DNA of 64,000 nt, from the NCBI GenBank assembly GCA_021613535.1, contig CP075495.1:682001-746000 (forward strand). The letters are read 5' to 3'. This DNA is from Adineta vaga (Eukaryota > Animalia > Rotifera). A program made the translations under genes and the position numbers. How positions within the stretch are numbered: position 1 is the stretch's first letter; each line of letters starts with the position of its first letter. Below, one piece after another: positions 52,801 through 64,000 of the stretch. The notes below the pieces were generated by a model that had not been told where the DNA came from, searched no databases, and saw nothing but the letters and a program-made list of their open reading frames with translations.

Positions 52801-55800
52801 ATGAACTACGTGTGTATACATCTGGTTGTTATTATCTTGATTCAGATAATACTTGGCAATCGGATGGATTAATTGTAAATTTCAAATGAAAACCTTTTTT
52901 TTTTCTAAATAAATAATTCATTTTTCTCGTTCAGGTTGGTCCATTAACAAATCTAAATTATACACAATGTTATTCTACTTATCCAACAACTATTGCAGCT
53001 AGTTTTCATATTTTACCATTACCAATTAATTGGTATTATGTCTTTACTAATAGTGATTTTATAAAGAATAAAACAATTTATATTACAATCATATCTGTAT
53101 CAATAATTTATCTTATCTTAGTGATCTATGCACGATATCAAGATAAGAAAAATAGACAAAAGGTACACAAATAAAATCGAATATTCATCTTCATTATGTC
53201 GATATATTTATAGTCTGGAATGATCGCGTTATCTGATAATAAAGAATTGTATGATTATGCATATCAAATTATTGTTTTTACTGGTCATCGAGCTGATGCA
53301 AATACAAAATCTAAAGTAAATAAATTGAATTCTTGTTATGAAAATGTAAATATATATTTGAGATTAGGTTAATTTTGTTATTGGTGGTGAAAACGCTAAT
53401 ACCGACATTCGAACATTTACCGATTCTAATCAGAATATATTTCAACGTAGTGGAATCGATACATTTGTAATTACAACACCTAAGTATGAAATCATTTCAT
53501 TCGATTTAATTTCTCTCTGATGTTATTTCATTGAAGATCATTAGGAGTTTTAAATTATATTCATATTTGGCATGATAATAGTGGTTTAGATTCAACAGCA
53601 TCATGGTTTCTTAAATATATCATTATTCAAGATTTACAAACTAAAGAACAATATTATTTCATTTGTCAACGTTGGTTAGCTGTAGAATTTGATGATGGAG
53701 CGGTTAGTTAAAACTTCACCATCGTATCTCATACTCTAATATAGTAGCGCGACAAGAAAGAGTTGAGTCTAACTAAAGTCAGAATCCTATAGATCGAAGA
53801 TGCAAAAGACATAATCTATTTTCACAATCTACAAAAAATGAATTTATGCATTTTTTTTTGATGATTTGAATAGATTGAACGTCTTCTTCCTGTTGCTAGT
53901 GAAATTGAAAAAGAGAAATATAAAAATTTTTTAACAAAAAAAGTTTATGAAAATGTATCCGATGGTCATTTATGGTTTTCAATTTTTTGTCGAATTCAAT
54001 CGAATAAATTTACACGTGTTCAACGATGTACATGTTGTTTTGTTCTATTCTTTATTACAATGCTTTTTAATATCTTATATTATGGACAAATAGATGAATT
54101 TAGAAATATTCAACAAACAGATGGATTTTCCATTGGACCATTTTATATTTCATTCAATCAGGTTAATAAAAACAAACTATTTTTTTTCATTTTCTCTCTC
54201 TCTCCCTCTCTTATAGATTATTATTGGAATAATGATTGAACTATTTTCTTTATTTCCAAGTATTTTACTTGTTCAATTCTTTCGACGTATTCGACAAAAA
54301 GATGATAATTATCAATATCAACGAATAACATTTCCCTATTGGTGTATTTATATCGCTTATAGTCTTTCATTACTATTTGTTGGAATATCTATTCTATTTA
54401 TTCTTGCTCGAGGTATTGAATTAGGAGATTTAAAAGTGCAAAAATGGTTAACATCAATAGTTACAGGATTATTTTCATCAATTTGTTTAACTCAACCAAT
54501 TCAAGTAATGGAATTTTTCTTTGAAAAAAATCTTCTCGAGAATCCACTTCTTTAGATTTTATGTTTGACAGTATTTGGTATAATTTTCTTTTCAAAAAAG
54601 AATCGTTATATTCAATCTATCGATGATTTAAATTGGAATTCTAATGAAAAATTAATTCATACGATTGAAGTTCGTTGATTGAATTGTTGTCTGATGAAGT
54701 ATTAAGCTTTTTGTTTCTTTCGCTTTCAGGATAGACCATCAGTTCGTTTAAATAGAATTCAATTATCAAATGCACGTTCTTTTCGTTTGAAAGAAATTCA
54801 TTTTCGTTCGATTATCAATGAATTTTTATCTTATGGATTTTTTCTCTGTATGATTTATCTTATCACTTATTTCAATTGTAATTCTCAAGCGTTTTATCAA
54901 GTCAATCATTTACGTCATTTATTTTTACGTTCTCATCGGACAAATTTCAATTATAATCAAGTAATTCTTTTTAGTTTTTTTTATTAATGAAATTTCAATT
55001 GAAAATAGATAAAAACGATCGATGATTGTTGGTCATGGTTAGAAAATAGTTTTAGTGAAAATATTCGAGCACAAAAATGGTATAATAATCAACCGGCAAG
55101 ATATTTAGCTGGTTTTATTAATGATAAATCCAATCGTTTGATTGGTTGGGCAACTATGCGACAATTACGTGTGAAATCAAGTTTGTATTAACGAATAAAA
55201 GAGAAGTAAGATAAAATTATTATTATTATCGTTTAGATTCATGTGAAATGAAATCAATCATTAAAGATTTGAATTTGACATGTACAGGTGAGTATAGTGA
55301 TTTTAATGAAGAACAAAGATCTTTTACACCAGAATGGAAAAATAAATCAATGATGAATTATAGTTCATCAATTATGAATGCATTTAAATATCGATCAAAA
55401 TCTCAATTAGATACGTATGTTTATATTGGTGAACATGAAACATATAATAGTGGTGGTTATATTTATGAATTTCGTGGTCGTCTATTGGACTTAAAAACAA
55501 ATCTTTCTCTTCTTCATCAATTCAATTGGATTGATCATCAAACACGAGCTATTCTTATTCAAATGAGTCTCTATAATCCAAATATTCAAATGTTTATTTC
55601 AAGTAATTTTCTATTGGAATTTTTACCAACTGGTGGCATTTTCCCAACAGCACGTTTTGAACCATTCAATATTAAAAGTACGTTATTCCTTTTTCATATT
55701 TTGTGTCAAAAGAAAAGATGTATCATACGATTTCTTATATCCCCATCATTTATGTTTCAGGTTTTACATCATGTAATGAAATGATAATGATTATCATTTA

Positions 55801-56685
55801 TATGTTATTTATACTTTATTTTCTGATTGATCAATGTCGATCGATTACACATTTGAAATTGTCATATTTTTCTAAATTTTGGTCATGGATTAATCTTGGA
55901 ATTATCATTTGTTCATGGTCAGCTGTTGGAATTTATATTTGGAGATATAATGAAAGTAAACGTATTGGTAATCTCTTTCGAAAAACAAATGGTTATACTT
56001 ATATTAATCTTCAATTTGCTATTTATCTCAATGATATCTTCAATTTTCTCCTGAGTTTTTGTTGTTTCTTTGGAACAATTAAATTAATTGATATGCTTCG
56101 ATTTCAACAACGTTTATCGATATTTACCAATACATTAGAACATGCACGAAAAGATTTAATTCTATTTATGTTCATGTTTTCGATTGTCTTTGTCGCTTTT
56201 ATTGCTTTATTTTATCAATTATTTCAGGCAAAAATTTGGTCATGTTCAAGTTTATTACGAACATCTGCCATGCTTTTCGAAATGATTTTATTGAAATTTG
56301 ATGTGACAGATTTATATAAAGCAGATCAATTTCTTGGACCTATATGTTTTACATTATTTATTATATTTGTTGTCTTTATTTGTATGAATATGTTTATAAC
56401 AATCATTGTCGATAGTTTTCGTGTGATACAAAACAAAGTGAAACTTACTTTAAACAATGATGATGAAATATTTACTTTTATTAAAGATAAATTTCTTTAT
56501 TGGTCAGGTTTTTGTCGACAAAATGAAAATAGCAAAAGAAGATTGTATTATTATGATTCGATGGAATATTTTCCAATAGTTATTGATCGATTAATGGATA
56601 CAATTCATCGTGTAAGAAAGATTTTGAATTTTGTCAAAAGTAAAATTCATCTTTTTTTCTTTTTATTTAGATTTATTTGAAATAA
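46898..56685 (+). CDS. Polycystin-1-like (REJ, GAIN/GPS, PLAT, PKD channel) receptor with two N-terminal extracellular NHL propellers; many exons
   Basis: Signal exon at 46898; NHL blocks at ~47000-47885 and ~48190-49075; LILNPGRYSIDPD and PPRNGSCSIDP (REJ); SGCYYLD...WQSDG..VG (GPS); YQIIVFTG and HIWHDNSG...SWFL (PLAT); HLWFSIF...FTRVQRCTCC; LIGWATMRQLRV; WIDHQTRA; NMFITII. Confidence 0.93.
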
Positions 56686-56764
56686 TCACGTCAAATGGTT
56701 TTTTTTGGTATAATACATATGATTTCAAGAGAAAAAAATAAGAACTATTTGATTGATTAATAAA

Positions 56765-58968
56765 TCAATTTTCTTCTTTAAATCTTAGAATTTTTATGTT
56801 TGAAGAATTAGGAACTGTCATAGTCAGCGAATAAGCATCACATTGCGCTATGAGTTGAGCATATTCGGAGACTTTGTCATCATTCCCTTTTTCTTTATAA
56901 ATATCATATAAAGCGTAATAAGTTTTAATAACAGAAGGATGAGATTTGGCCATGGATTTTAGTTTCGCTTCAAGTGAACATTCATACATCATTATAGCTT
57001 CATCAAATTGTCCAAGAACTTGATGAACATTTGCAATGTTGTTCATCGTTGAAGAAAGTGACGGATAATCTTCTGGAGATACATGACGTTTAATATACAA
57101 AGCTTTATGTAAAAGTTCTAAAGCTATGTTTGCAATTTTCTGAATATCATTCATTGCAAATAAGTGTTGGCGATATTATGTAGACAAGTAGCAACTAAAC
57201 GATGCATCTCACCATATTTTGTTTTTAAAATTTTTAATGCTATTTCCAATGATTCTAACGCTTGATTTACATTACCAAGTTGAGCTTGTATTGATCCAAT
57301 ATATCGATAAGAATCTGCAATAAGATCATGATCAGCAGGAAGTATTTGTTTATATTTTTCAAGAGATTTTTTATACCATTCTAAACTTTCGTCATATTTT
57401 TCTTTTTCTTGAGCAATAGTACCAAGTGAATTATAACATACACCAATATTTTCTTGATCATAAGGAAAATTTTCACGATTAAGCATTTTATTCAATGATA
57501 AATGATAGTATGTTTCTGCTAAATCTAATCGACCCATTTTTTGCATAATATGACCTAATGTAATCAATGAATTATCAATACCAAGATGTGTCATTTGATG
57601 ATTTAATATTTGCTTAAATTCAACATCTAAATCACAACATTCCATAGTAATAAAATAAATCTTTTCATTTTCATCAAAATGAATGTTATGAACATGAAAA
57701 ACACTACCAGCCATGAAAAGTACTTCTTGTTCTTCGGGAAAATAACTTTTCGAACTAATATCCGCAAATGGCATTGCTTCATGAAGTTTTGATGAATCAG
57801 CATCAATAATAAACAATACACGTTTTAATGAACGTACTTGATGAGCACGCCAACGTTCGATTTGTTCAGCAGCATCACCAAGTACAAACATTGCTAGATT
57901 TCGATCAATAGTTGTTGATAGAAAAGATTTCATTAGAATCGATTGATCAAGAGATTTTTCTAAATTGGACAATTCTTCACTCGAAATTAATTGACCTCGA
58001 TATGTTCGAATTGATGTTTGATGTTGACTTTGTTGTAATTCACGTAATTCATCGTAAATATCGTTAATAAAGAAACGCATTTGGAGAAGAACTTCGATAT
58101 TCTGTTGACGCAATGCTTTATTTAAAGCATTATAAAAAAATGTTTGACGTGTATACCTAGAATTGAATATAGGAAAAAGATGAATGCATATGTTTTATAT
58201 AATTTACCACCAAAAAACTTTATCCAATGAATATGTATTCATAAATTCATTAAGAATACATCTATTATTGATGATATCTGAGTTTCTCTTTGACCAATAG
58301 GAGAAGAATTCGTTGCCATCATTTTCCGTCCAATCCATTTTTCGAAGAAAATCGATTAACAAACGAAAGACAAGAACATCTCCATTAGCATCGAGCGCGG
58401 AATCACCATGCATATTAACTGAAATGCTTCTTATTGATATGAGTTCTTGTACTCTTTCTCTTCGTTGATGATCAATTTGAATTTTAGTAACAAGTTGATG
58501 CATTTCATTAAAGATACCACTAATCTAAAAGGTAGAAACGTTTTAGAGATGAAATTTGAGTAGTCACTGCATTCCGGGTATGGAATAGGATGAATTATTC
58601 TCACTCTTTTATTTATTTATAGAATTTACCTTAATATAATTTTTCATCCACTCTTCATTCCAATTTTCACTACGACAGTAGATGTAGATGGATTTAATGT
58701 TGTCAAAATCATGAATATTTTTAATCAATTCTAACGCCCATTGTCTACTAACTATAATTAAAAACAAATTTTTTATATGTTCTCGAATATATTCTTGACA
58801 ATCTATTGGATCTTTAAAGATTAATATTTGAACATCTTCAAATACTGTTTGTAGTTCTTGTTGACCTTTTTGATTTTCATCATCGATAAAAGAATTCGCA
58901 TCAATCCAGAGAATCTCATCCACAGCCATACTAATGTTTATATCATCGAATATTTCAGATGAAGCCAT
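56765..58968 (-). CDS. Receiver-like domain, ADP-ribosyltransferase and TPR repeats; exons 58968-58630, 58524-58208, 58156-56765; one frameshift at ~57153
   Basis: ILWIDAN..., WYTRQTFFYNALNKALR, YRGQ, FLSTT, EEQEVLF, kinesin-light-chain-type TPRs. The frame breaks at TTGCAATGAAT. Confidence 0.88.
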
Positions 58969-59188
58969 ATATTAATGAAAAAAATTAGATTGTATGAGAG
59001 TATTGACGAGAAATACTCATTATTTTCTTTTTCTCGTTGTGTTAAATGATGCATGACTTCAATGTTTCATCACATATTTATTTATTTATTTATAGGAATG
59101 TATTTTCGTACAAACTAAAATCAAATAAAACTTTATTCAGACAAAATTTTTTTATTGGAGAGATATCCGTCGATGAATATAATTATAT

Positions 59189-60148
59189 TCATTGACGGAT
59201 AATTAGTTTGATAATTTCCTTTCGAAAAATTGCACCTGTTGCTGTATAAAGATAAAAACTACTTGAATGAGCAAAATGTGAGAATATATTCAATGTTTGA
59301 TTAGCGAGATTTTCTTTTGCTTCTTGAATTGTATCTTTTTGAATGAAAACTGTTAAGTTTCTATAGATGCGATATATACAAATAGGTGATGTTGAAATAA
59401 TAGTGACAAAAACTTGAGCAGCTAACATATATAAAACTTGATTTTCTTTACGTCGATTCTTTTGATTAAGACGATTACCTAATGGACGAATTTGTCGTCG
59501 TTGACGAATATTTTTTAATGTTAAATAACCAAATAAAAGCATAAAGAATGATGGACATAATGAATACCAACTAATATGAAAGATTTGTAAGAAAATTCGA
59601 TAAAAACCTTTTCGACTATTACATGTTTGTATAATATTACCAAATGAATCGATTGTATTTGTAATTTCAAAATAAATAATCATATGAGAATACAATAGAA
59701 TGAAAAGAATTATAATAAATAGAATAGTTAATCGTGCTATTTTTTCAGAACTTAATTGACGTAAACGAATATTTGATGAACTATGTAAATATCGATCAAT
59801 ACATGCACATACAATTAACCAACAAGAAATAACACGAACAACATAAAAAGAAAAGAATTCAATTCGACATATTACATTATTATAATCAGCTAAATCAATG
59901 TTATAACCACTGGAAAGAAGACGAACAGGTAAAACAATAAATATAACAAATAAATTAAAACATGTTGATGAGAAAAAATAAATTGAACATGGTTCATGAC
60001 GAAGTGTTGATCGAGTAAAAACATAAAGATTGAGTAAAAGACCAATTGTACCAAGACAAAAATTAATCAAAGATAATGCAAAGACAATTACATTTGTTGC
60101 TTTATTTAATTCATTGACAATTTCAGTAATATTTGACATTGAATCCAT
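59189..60148 (-). CDS. Single-exon rhodopsin-like GPCR
   Basis: GTIGLLLN, PCSIYF, ACIDRY, FYLYTATG..FR; ATG at 60148. Confidence 0.92.
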   Translation of the reverse strand: MDSMSNITEIVNELNKATNVIVFALSLINFCLGTIGLLLNLYVFTRSTLRHEPCSIYFFSSTCFNLFVIFIVLPVRLLSSGYNIDLADYNNVICRIEFFSFYVVRVISCWLIVCACIDRYLHSSSNIRLRQLSSEKIARLTILFIIILFILLYSHMIIYFEITNTIDSFGNIIQTCNSRKGFYRIFLQIFHISWYSLCPSFFMLLFGYLTLKNIRQRRQIRPLGNRLNQKNRRKENQVLYMLAAQVFVTIISTSPICIYRIYRNLTVFIQKDTIQEAKENLANQTLNIFSHFAHSSSFYLYTATGAIFRKEIIKLIIRQ

Positions 60149-60872
60149 GAGATAAATTTGTTCTGAAAGTTTATACAAGATTAATTAACAATTTTGAATA
60201 AGAAATTATGAACAAGTAAGCTTTTTTCTGTGAGTTGAATCATTAATTATTTTTTATTCTTAGAAGATAAAAGATAAATCTTCATTTCATGATATCATAT
60301 GCATCAATTAAAAATTGTCTCTAATTATTATTTATTATCAAAGAAACTAAGTTCAATAATAAAATGTGTTTTTACATTCTACCAGGTAAAATCACGGAAA
60401 AAGCCATGTCATCGCGTGATATATACATATGCATCGTGTAATTAAATGAAATAAGATTTCTTAATGTAATTGAAAGACTGTCGGACAACATTTATGTACC
60501 GAATAGAGTGAGAATGTAAGTCTTTTGTATTCACACTTACCCACACCCTGATAGAGACTAGTTGTACCAAGACAGAAATTAATCAAAGACAGTGCGAAAA
60601 CGAATAGATTTAATATTCGATATTTAGTTAGGATAATAAGACTTTTATTGTATATAGATCTGTCGACTTTCTATACTCTCTCATTGAGAACACATATAAT
60701 CTATGCGCCTATCTGATGAATATAGTAAAAAGCAAACATGATAATTAACTAATAATATAGATTGAACTATTCGAACTATTCTATTTCATTTGAAGATGAT
60801 TGAATTTTCTTATCCTATGATATTTTATAGAATAAGATAAGTAATACTTAAAAATGACATAGAAAAACTAAA

Positions 60873-61265
60873 TTATTTTTCAATTATTGTTACAGGAGGC
60901 ATTTGTGAATTGGGGAGAGGTGGTGGTGTATACATATTAGATTGTTGTTGTACAACAAATGCTGCAGTAGCAGCTGTATGGATTGCATTTCTTGCTCTGA
61001 GTATTCGCATTCGTACGATTCGAAATATAGTAAGTGCAATCATCAGCATAAATACAATTGGCATTAGAATATAGATCATAAGAGTAACATTAAATCCAGA
61101 ACCACTTGATGAAGATTTCTTAGTAGTGGTTGTTCTTCTTCCTGTTGTTGTTGTACTTCTCGTTGTGATCGAAGTATTGATCGAACTAATTGTTTGTCCA
61201 TATACAAATATAATTCCATATTGGAAAAGAAAAAAGAAAAGTTTTTGAACAACAGTTGTAACCAT
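60873..61265 (-). CDS. Small type I membrane protein (signal, Thr/Ser stalk, TM, Pro-rich tail)
   Basis: 130-aa ORF with this architecture. Its 5' end and upstream region are partly duplicated at about 61785-61965. Confidence 0.8.
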   Translation of the reverse strand: MVTTVVQKLFFFLFQYGIIFVYGQTISSINTSITTRSTTTTGRRTTTTKKSSSSGSGFNVTLMIYILMPIVFMLMIALTIFRIVRMRILRARNAIHTAATAAFVVQQQSNMYTPPPLPNSQMPPVTIIEK

Positions 61266-62391
61266 GTTATGTGACAGTAACTATGCTTTGTTATTTACTG
61301 AAATTGTAATTTCAAAGAAAAACTCATTTTTTAAATTTTTAGTCTTTTTTGAAAGGAAGGAAAAGAAAATAAATTTATAACAATAAGAGTTCCATTGAGT
61401 GCAAAGAAAAAAGAACTCTATCATATAGAATCTTAGTTCGATGATGACATTTAGATGGCATCGTTATTGACAGCAGCATTTCAGGAAAACATTATGTATG
61501 AATTTAGAATTACATTTATTATTTGAAACTTTTTTTTACAAAGTTAATGTTTTACAAACAGAGAATATAAACATATTGGGTTTAGATGAGTTCTTTTATA
61601 TAACATTCAAAAGTCTTTGAATCTATATACAAAGGACATTGACAATGAATCAGTGTTTGAAAGATATTTGAGATTGATTTAGTCTATTCTGTCTTTTGAT
61701 ATTGACGAGTTTCAACTCCTTAGACATAGTTAGTATTTATCGAACTAGTTGTTTGACCATATACAAATCGAATTTCATATTAGAAAAGAAAACAAAAAAA
61801 GTAGCTTTTAAACAACGGTTGTAACCATGAGGTGAGAATAACTATGTTTTGTTATTTACTGCAACTGCATTTTCAAAGAAAAAGTTATTTTCTGAATTTT
61901 TAACCTTGTTTTGAAAAGAAAAGAAAAGAAAAGAAACTCATAATAATAAGAGTTTCATCGAGTAGAAAAACAAAAGTTTATTCTGCAAATATTTGTGAAC
62001 TCAATGTAACAAAGTACTTTCATTTATGGAATAAATTTTCATGATGATGAACATCAAAAGAGAGAACGTGTTGAAATTGAAACGAAAAATTTGCTATTTA
62101 GTTTTTATAAAGATAAAAACAATAATGTCAATTGTTGACTGAATTTACAATCTCTAATGCTTGAAAAACTTGAAGTATTCTTTATCATTTGTCTTTTCTT
62201 ATCATTGAAAATGCATTCTAAACGAGTAAATAAGCAACAAGATCCACTTTTTTGTCTTGCACTTCTTCCATTATGTTTATCGATTGGAAGTTTCTTGTTT
62301 TTAAATTCAGCTATAATTAGTTATATCGAAGAACGACATAATGAAAAGATTTATTTAAATACAACAAGTAACGCTCGTCGTGCCGACTCAC

Positions 62392-62743
62392 TTAACCCTC
62401 GACTGCGGAGGATAGGTATTTTTAGTTTGTCTCAATAGTGAGATGAATTGATCTTGCAACTTACTATACCAGAAAACAGCTCAGATGTTATTGTTGAAAT
62501 GTGTATTAACATTCGAGAACATAATATTAACTTTTTTTATAAAATCAACTTCATCCAACATCCATCTCTGTACTCCCACCCACAGTTTCATCCAACACCC
62601 ATGTATCTACTCCCCGAAGATGATGATTTCAAACTAGCCTTCACTAATGTGTTTTTGACCCTTGACCTTTGACCCTGACACAATCCCACAAACAGACAAA
62701 CTATTTTTTTTTATATGACCCTCCTTACAGTCGAGGGAATAAA
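62392..62743 (+). mobile_element. Non-autonomous Helentron/DINE-like element, copy 2
   Basis: 5' CCCTCGACTGCGGAGGA is inverted relative to 3' TCCTTACAGTCGAGGG; TGACCTTTGACC motif, CAGACA tract and 3' hairpin. Confidence 0.65.
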
Positions 62744-62769
62744 TCTATTCTTGGGTTTTCGTTTTGACA

Positions 62770-63110
62770 GATCGCGTTGCTTTAAATGATAATGATTCCC
62801 TTTTCTTTAATCTTCGTTATTTTGAACAAGTCTATGGGAAAAAACTTACTAGCACTGTGGGAGTTAAAATCAGTTATAACTGATTTAACCGTATCAACGC
62901 AGTGAGTTGAAATTAGTTATAACTGTTTTAACTAGTTTTAACTCCCACAGTGCTTATTAGTATTCAACAAGATCCAACTCCATCGAATTTCAATGTTCAG
63001 ATTATTGTGAATTTTGACTACATGGTTATATGTCACGAACTGGCACACAATAAAACACAAGAACTTAATCAAGAATTCATTGAACTTATGAAAACTATTG
63101 CTATTAAATA
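62770..63110 (+). pseudogene. Remnant exon with HExxH motif, interrupted by a MITE
   Basis: VALNDNDSLFFNLRYFEQV ... YMVICHELAHN, resembling from memory the C-terminus of DUF3684-type proteins. Confidence 0.45.
62851..62954. mobile_element. ~100-bp MITE/hairpin with 19-bp perfect TIR
   Basis: AGCACTGTGGGAGTTAAAA ... TTTTAACTCCCACAGTGCT, with internal AGTTATAACT palindromes. Confidence 0.85.
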
Positions 63111-64000
63111 AATCAGTAAAAGAGCTTCATATATTTAAAAATAAAGATTTGATTCCTAATCTTTATTCGTTTTTGTCGATGATCTCGAAGGAATAAAATA
63201 AATTCACATGTATATTTTTATAATAGGTAGACCATGGTATGCAAGAAAGAAACTCAAAATTCCAACTCAATCGAAAAGGCTATTCCAGAGATATGAGCGT
63301 TACAAATACCATGACTATCGGTTTCACGTTTTATTACAGAATTTTCAGTTTCTAAAACAAAAAAAAAGGAAATTCCACTTGCACAATATCACACACAACT
63401 TTAAATATCTTCATGATTTCGTTTTTCATGTAATTTTATTAATGATAAATTCAATTCAATCATAGAACGATAAAGACTACGATATTCTTAAAATATACAA
63501 AGCAATTCGAAGTGATAAAATTTATTAGGTTTCACAAACCGATGCAATTACAATTCAACGAGATTCATGACTCACGTCTTCAGTAAATAACGATGTGTAT
63601 AAATATATATTAACGCAGAAAAACGAAGAAAAAAAGATACATTCTAATTGAAACGAGCTCATTCAACCATAACTCAGAGTTATGACGATCAATCGAAGCA
63701 AAAAACATGCTGTGTTTCATTTGCTCGACGAACACCGAAGTATCAGCTATATTTTTTTTTCATATTATTACAGTGATTAATCAAACATCACGCAGTCAAT
63801 TACAAATGGCTCTTCGCTTATACGCCTCAGATCAACACCAATGAACACTTTATATGATTGTGTACTAACAAATAAATATTCTACTAACCTTCCCTGCGAT
63901 TCCTTGCGCCAATGATATACTTATGTCACTTCATTTTACACAATCATTCCTGCATCTTTCAAGACTTGTATGAAATTCTTCCGCCTAAAAAATTTACAAA

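Noticed and set aside
57151-57154. ATGA stop/start overlap as bacterial-style translational coupling
   Set aside because: The gene has spliceosomal introns and the break falls inside a TPR repeat; a 1-nt deletion is simpler.
62157-62438. 93-aa ORF with a hydrophobic segment
   Set aside because: It runs into the DINE-like element and has no identifiable family; possibly a remnant.
1-64000. CRISPR arrays, rRNA or tRNA genes
   Set aside because: No regularly spaced repeat-spacer array or recognisable structural RNA was seen by eye; a tRNAscan or Infernal run would be needed to exclude small RNAs.

Overview
Very AT-rich eukaryotic genomic DNA with short (~50-60 nt) GT-AG introns. The gene families (NHL-repeat fusions, ART-TPR proteins, single-exon rhodopsin-type GPCRs, a REJ/PKD polycystin, microbial-type enzymes carrying introns) strongly suggest a bdelloid rotifer (Adineta/Rotaria-like); this is inferred from gene content only. 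The window holds about 18 apparently intact genes, many pseudogene fragments and several non-autonomous DNA elements. The core is a birth-and-death set of effector plus repeat-sensor genes: caspase(C14)-NHL, two ADP-ribosyltransferase(ART)-NHL copies, ART-TPR, and dead caspase-NHL, NHL and WWE-ART copies. The two ART-NHL copies are almost identical across the ART exon and a 457-nt intron. Their NHL exons differ at about 31 amino acids against about 2 silent codons, clustered at the propeller loop positions, which points to a hypervariable recognition module. A second unexplained signal is about 12 tiny motifs made of telomere-like TG(A/T)GGG units, mostly as inverted pairs, several lying at pseudogene breakpoints. 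All exon models and difference counts were made by hand.
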